A stretch of DNA of 64,000 bases from Eledone cirrhosa (taxonomy: Eukaryota): NCBI GenBank assembly GCA_964016885.1, contig OZ024747.1, positions 29,450,001 to 29,514,000 of the forward strand. Direction: 5' to 3'. The position numbers and the translations under genes were made by a program. Position 1 is the first letter of the stretch. The number at the start of each line of letters is the position of its first letter. Shown here one piece after another: positions 40,172-54,587 of this stretch. The notes under the pieces are model-generated. The model saw nothing but the letters and a program-made list of their open reading frames with translations, made no database searches and was not told where the DNA came from.

Positions 40172-43100
40172 AATTGATTATTTTAGGTTTTTCACAAATT
40201 GATCATTTTACACAGTATTTCGAAAAAGATTGATTTTTTTTCTTTCGAAATATATACTTTCTGATTTCGAAAATTGATATATATTTTGTATTTTTCAAAT
40301 ATTTTTCAACGTGTCGAAACACAATGTATAAACGCATTTTTGTGAAAAAAAACATTTTTTCCAAATACTGTGTAAAATGATGAATTTGTGAAAAACCTAA
40401 AAAAATCAATTTTAGAAATCAGAAGTAAATATTTCGAAAAGTATAAACAAATTCATTATTTTAGGTTTTTCACAAATTGATCATTTTACACAGTATTTCG
40501 AAAAATTGTTTTTATTTAAAAAAGATTGATTTTTTTCTTTCGAAATATCTACTTTCTGATTTCGAAAATTGGTATATATTTTGTATTTTTCAAATATTTT
40601 CAACGTGTTGAAACACAATGTATAAACGCATTTTTTTGAAAAAAAACATTTTTTCAAAATACTGTGTAAATTGATCAATTTGTGAAAAACCTAAAAATAA
40701 TCAATTTTAGAAATCAGAAGTAAATATTTCGAAAAGTATAAACAAATTGATTATTTTAGGTTTTTCACAAATTGATCATTTTACACAGTATTTCGAAAAA
40801 GAATGATTTTTTTTCTTTCGAAATATATACTTTCTGATTTCGAAAATTGATATATATTTTGTATTTTTCAAAAATTTTTCAACGGGTTGAAACACAATGT
40901 ATAAACGCATTTTTTTGAAAAAAAACATTTTTTCCAAATACTGTGTAAAATGATCAATTTGTGAAAAACCTAAAAAAATCAATTTTAAAAATCAGAAGTA
41001 AATATTTCGAAAAGTATAAAAAAATTGATTATTTTAGGTTTTTCACAAATTGATCATTTTACACAGTATTTCGAAAAATTGTTTTTTTTCAAAAAACATT
41101 GATTTTTTTCTTTCGAAATATATACTTTCTGATTTCGAAAATTGATATATATTTTGTATTTTTCAAAAATTTTTCAACGTATTGAAACAATGTATAATCG
41201 CATTTTTTTGAAAAAAAACATTTTTTCCAAATACTGTGTAAATTGATCGATTTATGAAAAACCTAAAAAAATCAATTCTAGAAATCAGAAGTAAATATTT
41301 CGAAAAGTATAAACAAATTGATTATTTTAGGTTTTTCACACATTGATCATATTACACAGTATTTCGAAAAATTGTTTTTTTTCAAAAAACATTGATTTTT
41401 GTTCTTTCGAAATATATACTTTCTGATTTCGAAAATTGATATATATTTTGTATTTTTCAAACACAATGTATAAACGCATTTTTTTGAAAAAAAACATTTT
41501 TTCCAAATACTGTGTAAAATGATCAATTTGTGAAAAACCTAAAAAAATCAATTTTAGAAGTTAGAAGTAAATATTTCGCAAAGTATAAAAAAATTGATTA
41601 TTTTAGGTTTTTCACAAATTGATCATTTTACACAGTATTTCGAAAAATTGTTTTTTTTCAAAAAACATTGATTTTTTTTCTTTCGAAATATATACTTTCT
41701 GATTTCGAAAATTGATATATATTTTGTATTTTTCAAAAACAATGTATAAACGCATTTTTTTGAAAAAAAACATTTTTTCCAAATACTGTGTAAAATGATC
41801 AATTTGTGAAAAACCTAAAAAAATCAATTTTAGAAATCAGAAGTAAATATTTCGAAAAGTATAAAAAAATTGATTATTTTAGGTTTTTCACAAATTGATC
41901 ATTTTACACAGTATTTCGAAAAAGATTGATTTTTTTTCTTTCGAAATATATACTTTCTGATTTCGAAAATTGATATATATTTTGTATTTTTCAAATATTT
42001 TTCAACGTGTCGAAACACAATGTATAAACGCATTTTTGTGAAAAAAAACATTTTTTCCAAATACTGTGTAAAATGATGAATTTGTGAAAAACCTAAAAAA
42101 ATCAATTTTAGAAATCAGAAGTAAATATTTCGAAAAGTATAAACAAATTCATTATTTTAGGTTTTTCACAAATTGATCATTTTACACAGTATTTCGAAAA
42201 ATTGTTTTTATTTAAAAAAGATTGATTTTTTTCTTTCGAAATATCTACTTTCTGATTTCGAAAATTGGTATATATTTTGTATTTTTCAAATATTTTCAAC
42301 GTGTTGAAACACAATGTATAAACGCATTTTTTTGAAAAAAAACATTTTTTCAAAATACTGTGTAAATTGATCAATTTGTGAAAAACCTAAAAATAATCAA
42401 TTTTAGAAATCAGAAGTAAATATTTCGAAAAGTATAAACAAATTGATTATTTTAGGTTTTTCACAAATTGATCATTTTACACAGTATTTCGAAAAAGAAT
42501 GATTTTTTTTCTTTCGAAATATATACTTTCTGATTTCGAAAATTGATATATATTTTGTATTTTTCAAAAATTTTTCAACGGGTTGAAACACAATGTATAA
42601 ACGCATTTTTTTGAAAAAAAACATTTTTTCCAAATACTGTGTAAAATGATCAATTTGTGAAAAACCTAAAAAAATCAATTTTAAAAATCAGAAGTAAATA
42701 TTTCGAAAAGTATAAAAAAATTGATTATTTTAGGTTTTTCACAAATTGATCATTTTACACAGTATTTCGAAAAATTGTTTTTTTTCAAAAAACATTGATT
42801 TTTTTCTTTCGAAATATATACTTTCTGATTTCGAAAATTGATATATATTTTGTATTTTTCAAAAATTTTTCAACGTATTGAAACACAATGTATAATCGCA
42901 TTTTTTTGAAAAAAAACATTTTTTCCAAATACTGTGTAAATTGATCGATTTATGAAAAACCTAAAAAAATCAATTCTAGAAATCAGAAGTAAATATTTCG
43001 AAAAGTATAAACAAATTGATTATTTTAGGTTTTTCACACATTGATCATATTACACAGTATTTCGAAAAATTGTTTTTTTTCAAAAAACATTGATTTTTGT

Positions 43101-46100
43101 TCTTTCGAAATATATACTTTCTGATTTCGAAAATTGATATATATTTTGTATTTTTCAAACACAATGTATAAACGCATTTTTTTGAAAAAAAACATTTTTT
43201 CCAAATACTGTGTAAAATGATCAATTTGTGAAAAACCTAAAAAAATCAATTTTAGAAGTTAGAAGTAAATATTTCGCAAAGTATAAAAAAATTGATTATT
43301 TTAGGTTTTTCACAAATTGATCATTTTACACAGTATTTCGAAAAATTGTTTTTTTTCAAAAAACATTGATTTTTTTTCTTTCGAAATATATACTTTCTGA
43401 TTTCGAAAATTGATATATATTTTGTATTTTTCAAAAACAATGTATAAACGCATTTTTTTGAAAAAAAACATTTTTTCCAAATACTGTGTAAAATGATCAA
43501 TTTGTGAAAAACCTAAAAAAATCAATTTTAGAAATCAGAAGTAAATATTTCGAAAAGTATAAAAAAATTGATTATTTTAGGTTTTTCACAAATTGATCAT
43601 TTTACACAGTATTTCGAAAAAGATTGATTTTTTTTCTTTCGAAATATATACTTTCTGATTTCGAAAATTGATATATATTTTGTATTTTTCAAATATTTTT
43701 CAACGTGTCGAAACACAATGTATAAACGCATTTTTGTGAAAAAAAACATTTTTTCCAAATACTGTGTAAAATGATGAATTTGTGAAAAACCTAAAAAAAT
43801 CAATTTTAGAAATCAGAAGTAAATATTTCGAAAAGTATAAACAAATTCATTATTTTAGGTTTTTCACAAATTGATCATTTTACACAGTATTTCGAAAAAT
43901 TGTTTTTATTTAAAAAAGATTGATTTTTTTCTTTCGAAATATCTACTTTCTGATTTCGAAAATTGGTATATATTTTGTATTTTTCAAATATTTTCAACGT
44001 GTTGAAACACAATGTATAAACGCATTTTTTTGAAAAAAAACATTTTTTCAAAATACTGTGTAAATTGATCAATTTGTGAAAAACCTAAAAATAATCAATT
44101 TTAGAAATCAGAAGTAAATATTTCGAAAAGTATAAACAAATTGATTATTTTAGGTTTTTCACAAATTGATCATTTTACACAGTATTTCGAAAAAGAATGA
44201 TTTTTTTTCTTTCGAAATATATACTTTCTGATTTCGAAAATTGATATATATTTTGTATTTTTCAAAAATTTTTCAACGGGTTGAAACACAATGTATAAAC
44301 GCATCTTTTTGAAAAAAAACATTTTTTCCAAATACTGTGTAAAATGATCAATTTGTGAAAAACCTAAAAAAATCAATTTTAAAAATCAGAAGTAAATATT
44401 TCGAAAAGTATAAAAAAATTGATTATTTTAGGTTTTTCACAAATTGATCATTTTACACAGTATTTCGAAAAATTGTTTTTTTTCAAAAAACATTGATTTT
44501 TTTCTTTCGAAATATATACTTTCTGATTTCGAAAATTGATATATATTTTGTATTTTTCAAAAATTTTTCAACGTATTGAAACACAATGTATAATCGCATT
44601 TTTTTGAAAAAAAACATTTTTTCCAAATACTGTGTAAATTGATCGATTTATGAAAAACCTAAAAAAATCAATTCTAGAAATCAGAAGTAAATATTTCGAA
44701 AAGTATAAACAAATTGATTATTTTAGGTTTTTCACACATTGATCATATTACACAGTATTTCGAAAAATTGTTTTTTTTCAAAAAACATTGATTTTTGTTC
44801 TTTCGAAATATATACTTTCTGATTTCGAAAATTGATATATATTTTGTATTTTTCAAACACAATGTATAAACGCATTTTTTTGAAAAAAAACATTTTTTCC
44901 AAATACTGTGTAAAATGATCAATTTGTGAAAAACCTAAAAAAATCAATTTTAGAAGTTAGAAGTAAATATTTCGCAAAGTATAAAAAAATTGATTATTTT
45001 AGGTTTTTCACAAATTGATCATTTTACACAGTATTTCGAAAAATTGTTTTTTTTCAAAAAACATTGATTTTTTTTCTTTCGAAATATATACTTTCTGATT
45101 TCGAAAATTGATATATATTTTGTATTTTTCAAAAACAATGTATAAACGCATTTTTTTGAAAAAAAACATTTTTTCCAAATACTGTGTAAAATGATCAATT
45201 TGTGAAAAACCTAAAAAAATCAATTTTAGAAATCAGAAGTAAATATTTCGAAAAGTATAAAAAAATTGATTATTTTAGGTTTTTCACAAATTGATCATTT
45301 TACACAGTATTTCGAAAAAGATTGATTTTTTTTCTTTCGAAATATATACTTTCTGATTTCGAAAATTGATATATATTTTGTATTTTTCAAATATTTTTCA
45401 ACGTGTCGAAACACAATGTATAAACGCATTTTTGTGAAAAAAAACATTTTTTCCAAATACTGTGTAAAATGATGAATTTGTGAAAAACCTAAAAAAATCA
45501 ATTTTAGAAATCAGAAGTAAATATTTCGAAAAGTATAAACAAATTCATTATTTTAGGTTTTTCACAAATTGATCATTTTACACAGTATTTCGAAAAATTG
45601 TTTTTATTTAAAAAAGATTGATTTTTTTCTTTCGAAATATCTACTTTCTGATTTCGAAAATTGGTATATATTTTGTATTTTTCAAATATTTTCAACGTGT
45701 TGAAACACAATGTATAAACGCATTTTTTTGAAAAAAAACATTTTTTCAAAATACTGTGTAAATTGATCAATTTGTGAAAAACCTAAAAATAATCAATTTT
45801 AGAAATCAGAAGTAAATATTTCGAAAAGTATAAACAAATTGATTATTTTAGGTTTTTCACAAATTGATCATTTTACACAGTATTTCGAAAAAGAATGATT
45901 TTTTTTCTTTCGAAATATATACTTTCTGATTTCGAAAATTGATATATATTTTGTATTTTTCAAAAATTTTTCAACGGGTTGAAACACAATGTATAAACGC
46001 ATTTTTTTGAAAAAAAACATTTTTTCCAAATACTGTGTAAAATGATCAATTTGTGAAAAACCTAAAAAAATCAATTTTAAAAATCAGAAGTAAATATTTC

Positions 46101-46961
46101 GAAAAGTATAAAAAAATTGATTATTTTAGGTTTTTCACAAATTGATCATTTTACACAGTATTTCGAAAAATTGTTTTTTTTCAAAAAACATTGATTTTTT
46201 TCTTTCGAAATATATACTTTCTGATTTCGAAAATTGATATATATTTTGTATTTTTCAAAAATTTTTCAACGTATTGAAACACAATGTATAATCGCATTTT
46301 TTTGAAAAAAAACATTTTTTCCAAATACTGTGTAAATTGATCGATTTATGAAAAACCTAAAAAAATCAATTCTAGAAATCAGAAGTAAATATTTCGAAAA
46401 GTATAAACAAATTGATTATTTTAGGTTTTTCACACATTGATCATATTACACAGTATTTCGAAAAATTGTTTTTTTTCAAAAAACATTGATTTTTGTTCTT
46501 TCGAAATATATACTTTCTGATTTCGAAAATTGATATATATTTTGTATTTTTCAAACACAATGTATAAACGCATTTTTTTGAAAAAAAACATTTTTTCCAA
46601 ATACTGTGTAAAATGATCAATTTGTGAAAAACCTAAAAAAATCAATTTTAGAAGTTAGAAGTAAATATTTCGCAAAGTATAAAAAAATTGATTATTTTAG
46701 GTTTTTCACAAATTGATCATTTTACACAGTATTTCGAAAAATTGTTTTTTTTCAAAAAACATTGATTTTTTTTCTTTCGAAATATATACTTTCTGATTTC
46801 GAAAATTGATATATATTTTGTATTTTTCAAAAACAATGTATAAACGCATTTTTTTGAAAAAAAACATTTTTTCCAAATACTGTGTAAAATGATCAATTTG
46901 TGAAAAACCTAAAAAAATCAATTTTAGAAATCAGAAGTAAATATTTCGAAAAGTATAAAAA
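40172..46961 (+). repeat. 6-monomer higher-order repeat, four near-identical tandem copies (1696 + 3 x 1698 bp)
   Basis: ORF series 40203, 41899, 43597, 45295. Private markers CAACGGGTTG, TTTTTGTTCTTT and TTTCGCAAAG occur in each copy. Confidence 0.93.
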
Positions 46962-49900
46962 AATTGATTATTTTAGGTTTTTCACAAATTGATCATTTTA
47001 CACAGTATTTCGAAATATCGTTTTTTTTCAAAAAACATTGATTTTTTTTCTTTCGAAATATATACTTTCTGATTTCGAAAATTGATATATATTTTGTATT
47101 TTTCAAACACAATGTATAAACGCATTTTTTGAAAAAAAAAATTTTTTCCAAATACTCTGTAAAATGATCAATTTGTGAAAAACCTAAAAAAATCAATTTT
47201 AGAAATCAGAAGTAAATATTTCGAAAAGTATAAAAAAATTGATTATTTTAGGTTTTTCACAAATTGATCATTTTACACAGTATTTCGAAATATCGTTTTT
47301 TTTCAAAAAACATTGATTTTTTTTCTTTCGAAATATATACTTTCTGATTTCGAAAATTGATATATATTTTGTATTTTTCAAACACAATGTATAAACGCAT
47401 TTTTTTGAAAAAAAACATTTTTTCCAAATACTCTGTAAAATGATCAATTTGTGAAAAACCTAAAAAAATCAATTTTAGAAGTTAGAAGTAAATATTTCGA
47501 AAAGTATAAAAAAATTGATTATTTTAGGTTTTTCACAAATTGATCATTTTACACAGTATTTCGAAAAATTGTTTTTTTATCAAAAAAGATTGATTTTTTT
47601 TCTTTCGAAATATATACTTTCTGATTTCGAAAATTGATATATATTTTGTATTTTTCAAATATTTTTCAACGTGTCGAAACACAATGTATAAACGCATTTT
47701 TGTGAAAAAATTTTTTCCAAATACTGTGTAAAATGATGAATTTGTGAAAAACCTAAAAAAATCAATTTTAGAAATCAGATGTAAATATTTCGAAAAGTAT
47801 AAACAAATTGATTATTTTAGGGTTTTCACAAATTGATCATTTTACACAGTATTTCGAAAAATTGTTTTTTTTCAAAAAACATTGATTTTTTTTCTTTCGA
47901 AATATATACTTTCTAATTTCGAAAATTGATATATATTTTGTATTTTTCAAAAATTTTTCAACGTGTTGGAACACAATGTATAAACGTATTTATTCCAAAT
48001 ACTGTGTAAAATGATCTATTTGTGAAAAACATAAAAAAATCAATTTTAAAAATCAGAAGTAAATATTTCGAAAAGTATAAAAAAATTGATTATTTTAGGT
48101 TTTTCACAAATTGATCATTTTACACAGTATTTCGAAAAATTGTTTTTTTTCAAAAAACATTGATTTTTTTCTTTCGAAATATATACTTTCTGATTTCGAA
48201 AATTGATATATATTTTGTATTTTTCAAAAATTTTTCAACGTATTGAAACACAATGTATAATCGCATTTTTTTGAAAAAAAACATTTTTTCCAAATACTGT
48301 GTAAATTGATCGATTTATGAAAAACCTAAAAAAATCAATTCTAGAAATCAGAAGTAAATATTTCGAAAAGTATAAACAAATTGATTATTTTAGGTTTTTC
48401 ACACATTGATCATATTACACAGTATTTCGAAAAATTGTTTTTTTTCAAAAAACATTGATTTTTGTTCTTTCGAAATATATACTTTCTGATTTCGAAAATT
48501 GATATATATTTTGTATTTTTCAAACACAATGTATAAACGCATTTTTTTGAAAAAAAACATTTTTTCCAAATACTGTGTAAAATGATCAATTTGTGAAAAA
48601 CCTAAAAAAATCAATTTTAGAAGTTAGAAGTAAATATTTCGCAAAGTATAAAAAAATTGATTATTTTAGGTTTTTCACAAATTGATCATTTTACACAGTA
48701 TTTCGAAAAATTGTTTTTTTTCAAAAAACATTGATTTTTTTTCTTTCGAAATATATACTTTCTGATTTCGAAAATTGATATATATTTTGTATTTTTCAAA
48801 AACAATGTATAAACGCATTTTTTTGAAAAAAAACATTTTTTCCAAATACTGTGTAAAATGATCAATTTGTGAAAAACCTAAAAAAATCAATTTTAGAAAT
48901 CAGAAGTAAATATTTCGAAAAGTATAAAAAAATTGATTATTTTAGGTTTTTCACAAATTGATCATTTTACACAGTATTTCGAAAAAGATTGATTTTTTTT
49001 CTTTCGAAATATATACTTTCTGATTTCGAAAATTGATATATATTTTGTATTTTTCAAATATTTTTCAACGTGTCGAAACACAATGTATAAACGCATTTTT
49101 GTGAAAAAAAACATTTTTTCCAAATACTGTGTAAAATGATGAATTTGTGAAAAACCTAAAAAAATCAATTTTAGAAATCAGAAGTAAATATTTCGAAAAG
49201 TATAAACAAATTCATTATTTTAGGTTTTTCACAAATTGATCATTTTACACAGTATTTCGAAAAATTGTTTTTATTTAAAAAAGATTGATTTTTTTCTTTC
49301 GAAATATCTACTTTCTGATTTCGAAAATTGGTATATATTTTGTATTTTTCAAATATTTTCAACGTGTTGAAACACAATGTATAAACGCATTTTTTTGAAA
49401 AAAAACATTTTTTCAAAATACTGTGTAAATTGATCAATTTGTGAAAAACCTAAAAATAATCAATTTTAGAAATCAGAAGTAAATATTTCGAAAAGTATAA
49501 ACAAATTGATTATTTTAGGTTTTTCACAAATTGATCATTTTACACAGTATTTCGAAAAAGAATGATTTTTTTTCTTTCGAAATATATACTTTCTGATTTC
49601 GAAAATTGATATATATTTTGTATTTTTCAAAAATTTTTCAACGGGTTGAAACACAATGTATAAACGCATTTTTTTGAAAAAAAACATTTTTTCCAAATAC
49701 TGTGTAAAATGATCAATTTGTGAAAAACCTAAAAAAATCAATTTTAAAAATCAGAAGTAAATATTTCGAAAAGTATAAAAAAATTGATTATTTTAGGTTT
49801 TTCACAAATTGATCATTTTACACAGTATTTCGAAAAATTGTTTTTTTTCAAAAAACATTGATTTTTTTCTTTCGAAATATATACTTTCTGATTTCGAAAA

Positions 49901-51750
49901 TTGATATATATTTTGTATTTTTCAAAAATTTTTCAACGTATTGAAACACAATGTATAATCGCATTTTTTTGAAAAAAAACATTTTTTCCAAATACTGTGT
50001 AAATTGATCGATTTATGAAAAACCTAAAAAAATCAATTCTAGAAATCAGAAGTAAATATTTCGAAAAGTATAAACAAATTGATTATTTTAGGTTTTTCAC
50101 ACATTGATCATATTACACAGTATTTCGAAAAATTGTTTTTTTTCAAAAAACATTGATTTTTGTTCTTTCGAAATATATACTTTCTGATTTCGAAAATTGA
50201 TATATATTTTGTATTTTTCAAACACAATGTATAAACGCATTTTTTTGAAAAAAAACATTTTTTCCAAATACTGTGTAAAATGATCAATTTGTGAAAAACC
50301 TAAAAAAATCAATTTTAGAAGTTAGAAGTAAATATTTCGCAAAGTATAAAAAAATTGATTATTTTAGGTTTTTCACAAATTGATCATTTTACACAGTATT
50401 TCGAAAAATTGTTTTTTTTCAAAAAACATTGATTTTTTTTCTTTCGAAATATATACTTTCTGATTTCGAAAATTGATATATATTTTGTATTTTTCAAAAA
50501 CAATGTATAAACGCATTTTTTTGAAAAAAAACATTTTTTCCAAATACTGTGTAAAATGATCAATTTGTGAAAAACCTAAAAAAATCAATTTTAGAAATCA
50601 GAAGTAAATATTTCGAAAAGTATAAAAAAATTGATTATTTTAGGTTTTTCACAAATTGATCATTTTACACAGTATTTCGAAATATCGTTTTTTTTCAAAA
50701 AACATTGATTTTTTTTCTTTCGAAATATATACTTTCTGATTTCGAAAATTGATATATATTTTGTATTTTTCAAACACAATGTATAAACGCATTTTTTGAA
50801 AAAAAAAATTTTTTCCAAATACTCTGTAAAATGATCAATTTGTGAAAAACCTAAAAAAATCAATTTTAGAAATCAGAAGTAAATATTTCGAAAAGTATAA
50901 AAAAATTGATTATTTTAGGTTTTTCACAAATTGATCATTTTACACAGTATTTCGAAATATCGTTTTTTTTCAAAAAACATTGATTTTTTTTCTTTCGAAA
51001 TATATACTTTCTGATTTCGAAAATTGATATATATTTTGTATTTTTCAAACACAATGTATAAACGCATTTTTTTGAAAAAAAACATTTTTTCCAAATACTC
51101 TGTAAAATGATCAATTTGTGAAAAACCTAAAAAAATCAATTTTAGAAGTTAGAAGTAAATATTTCGAAAAGTATAAAAAAATTGATTATTTTAGGTTTTT
51201 CACAAATTGATCATTTTACACAGTATTTCGAAAAATTGTTTTTTTATCAAAAAAGATTGATTTTTTTTCTTTCGAAATATATACTTTCTGATTTCGAAAA
51301 TTGATATATATTTTGTATTTTTCAAATATTTTTCAACGTGTCGAAACACAATGTATAAACGCATTTTTGTGAAAAAATTTTTTCCAAATACTGTGTAAAA
51401 TGATGAATTTGTGAAAAACCTAAAAAAATCAATTTTAGAAATCAGATGTAAATATTTCGAAAAGTATAAACAAATTGATTATTTTAGGGTTTTCACAAAT
51501 TGATCATTTTACACAGTATTTCGAAAAATTGTTTTTTTTCAAAAAACATTGATTTTTTTTCTTTCGAAATATATACTTTCTAATTTCGAAAATTGATATA
51601 TATTTTGTATTTTTCAAAAATTTTTCAACGTGTTGGAACACAATGTATAAACGTATTTATTCCAAATACTGTGTAAAATGATCTATTTGTGAAAAACATA
51701 AAAAAATCAATTTTAAAAATCAGAAGTAAATATTTCGAAAAGTATAAAAA
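44417..51750 (+). repeat. Third 13-monomer higher-order repeat, two tandem copies of 3667 bp (44417-48083 and 48084-51750), nesting the 6-mer
   Basis: Offsets of 3667: 44732/48399, 45295/48962, 46993/50660 and 47257/50924. Shared 4-bp deletion GTGAAAAAATTTTTTCC at about 47702 and about 51369. Confidence 0.9.
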
Positions 51751-53770
51751 AATTGATTATTTTAGGTTTTTCACAAATTGATCATTTTACACAGTATTTC
51801 GAAAAATAGTTTTTTTATCAAAAAAGATTGATTTTTTTTCTTTCGAAATATATACTTTCTGATTTCGAAAATTGATATATATTTTGTATTTTTCAAACAA
51901 AATGTATAAACGCATTTTTTTGAAAAAAAACATTTTTTCCAAATACTGTGTAAAATGATCAATTTGTGAAAAACCTAAAAAAATCAATTTTAGAAATCAG
52001 AAGTAAATATTTCGAAAAGTATAAAAAAATTGATTATTTTAGGTTTTTCACAAATTGATCATTTTACACAGTATTTCGAAATATCGTTTTTTTTCAAAAA
52101 ACATTGATTATTTTTCTTTCGAAATATATACTTTCTGATTTCGAAAATTGATATATATTTTGTATTTTTCAAACACAGTGTATAAACGCATTTTTTTGAA
52201 AAAAAAACATTTTTTCCAAATACTGTGTAAAATGATCAATTTGTGAAAAACCTAAAAAAATCAATTTTAGAAGTTACAAGTAAATATTTCGAAAAGTATA
52301 AAAAAATTGATTATTTTAGGTTTTTCACAAATTGATCATTTTACACAGTATTTCGAAAAATTGTTTTTTCATGAAAAAAGATTGATTTTTTTTCGTTCGA
52401 AATATATACTTTCTGATTTCGAAAATTGATATATATTTTGTATTTTTAAAAAGTTTTTCAACGTGTCGAAACATAATGTATAAACGCATTTTTTCCAAAT
52501 ACTGTGTAAAATGATCTATTTGTGAAAAAGCTAAAAAAATCAATTTTAGAAATTGGAAGTAAATATTTCGAAAAGTATAAAAAAATTGATTATTCTAGGT
52601 TTTTCACAAATTGATCATTTTAAACAGTATTTCGAAAAATTATTTTTTTTCCAAAAACATTGATTTTTTTCTTTCGAAATATATATTTTCTGATTTCGAA
52701 AATTGATATATATTTTGTATTTTTCAAACACAAAGTATAAACGCATTTTTTTGAAAATATACATTTTTTCCAAATACAGTGTAAAATGATCAATTTGTGA
52801 AAAACCTAAAAAAATCAATTTTAGAAGTTAGAAGTAAATATTTCGAAAATTGATTATTTTAGGTTTTTCACAAATTGATCATTTTACACAGTATTTCGAA
52901 AAATTGTTTTTTTATCAAAAAACATTGATTTTTTTTCTTTCGAAATATATACTTTCTGATTTCGAAAATTGATATATATTTTGTATTTTTCAAATATTTT
53001 TCAACGTGTCGAAACACAATGTATAAACGCATTTTTTTGAAAAAAAACATTTTTTCCAAATACACAATTTGTGAAAAACCTAAAAAAATCAATTTTAGAA
53101 GTTAGAAGTAAATATTTCGAAAAGTATAAAAAAATTGATTATTTTAGGTTTTTCATAAATTGATCATTTTACACAGTATTTCGAAAAATTGTTTTTTTAT
53201 CAAAAAAGATTGATTTTTTTTCTTTCGAAATATATACTTTCTGATTTCGAAAATTGATATATATTTTGTATTTTTCAAACACAATGTATAAACGCATTTT
53301 TTTGAAAAAAAACATTTTTTCCAAATACTGTGTAAAATGATCAATTTGTGAAAAACCTAAAAAAATCAATTTTAGAAATCAGAAGTAAATATTTCGAAAA
53401 GTATAAAAAAATTGATTATTTTAGGTTTTTCACAAATTGATCATTTTACACAGTATTTCGAATAATTGTTTTTTTATCTTTTACACAGTATTTCGAAAAA
53501 TTGTTTTTTTTCAAAAAACATTGATTTTTTTTCTTTCGAAATATATACTTTCTGATTTCGAAAATTGATATATATTTTGTATTTTTAAAAAGTTTTTCAA
53601 CGTGTCGAAACATAATGTATAAACGCATTTTTTCCAAATACTGTGTAAAATGATCTATTTGTGAAAAAGCTAAAAAAATCAATTTTAGATATCGGAAGTA
53701 AATATTTCGAAAAGTATAAAAAAATTGATTATTTTAGGTTTTTCACAAATTGATCATTTTACACAGTATT
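50900..53770 (+). repeat. Ten-monomer block duplicated from about 30030-32900 (offset 20868-20872)
   Basis: ORF pairs 30052/50924, 30903/51771, 31457/52325, 31747/52615, 32000/52868 and 32578/53446. Confidence 0.85.
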
Positions 53771-54587
53771 TCAAAAAATTGTTTTTTTTCCAAAAACATT
53801 GATTTTTTTTCTTTCGAAATATATACTTTCTGATTTCGAAAATTGATATATATTTTGTATTTTTCAAACACAATGTATAAACGCATTTTTTTGAAAAAAA
53901 ACATTTTTTCCAAATACTGTGTAAAATGATCAATTTGTGAAAAACCTAAAAAAATCAATTTTAGAAATCAGAAGTAAATATTTCGAAAAGTATAAAAAAA
54001 TTGATTATTTTAGGTTTTTCACAAATTGATCATTTTACACAGTATTTCGAATAATTGTTTTTTTATCTTTTACACAGTATTTCGAAAAATTGTTTTTTTT
54101 CAAAAAACATTGATTTTTTTTCTTTCGAAATATATACTTTCTGATTTCGAAAATTGATATATATTTTGTATTTTTAAAAAGTTTTTCAACGTGTCGAAAC
54201 ATAATGTATAAACGCATTTTTTCCAAATACTGTGTAAAATGATCTATTTGTGAAAAAGCTAAAAAAATCAATTTTAGAAATCGGAAGTAAATATTTCGAA
54301 AAGTATAAAAAAATTGATTATTTTAGGTTTTTCACAAATTGATCATTTTACACAGTATTTCAAAAAATTGTTTTTTTTCCAAAAACATTGATTTTTTTTC
54401 TTTCGAAATATATACTTTCTGATTTCGAAAATTGATATATATTTTGTATTTTTCAAACACAATGTATAAACGCATTTTTTTGAAAAAAAACATTTTTTCC
54501 AAATACTGTGTAAAATGATCAATTTGTGAAAAACCTAAAAAAATCAATTTTAGAAATCAGAAGTAAATATTTCGAAAAGTATAAAAA
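53410..54587 (+). repeat. Tandem dimer duplication (2 x 589 bp = 313 + 276)
   Basis: ORFs 53446/54035 and 53743/54332 are identical at offset 589. Confidence 0.9.
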
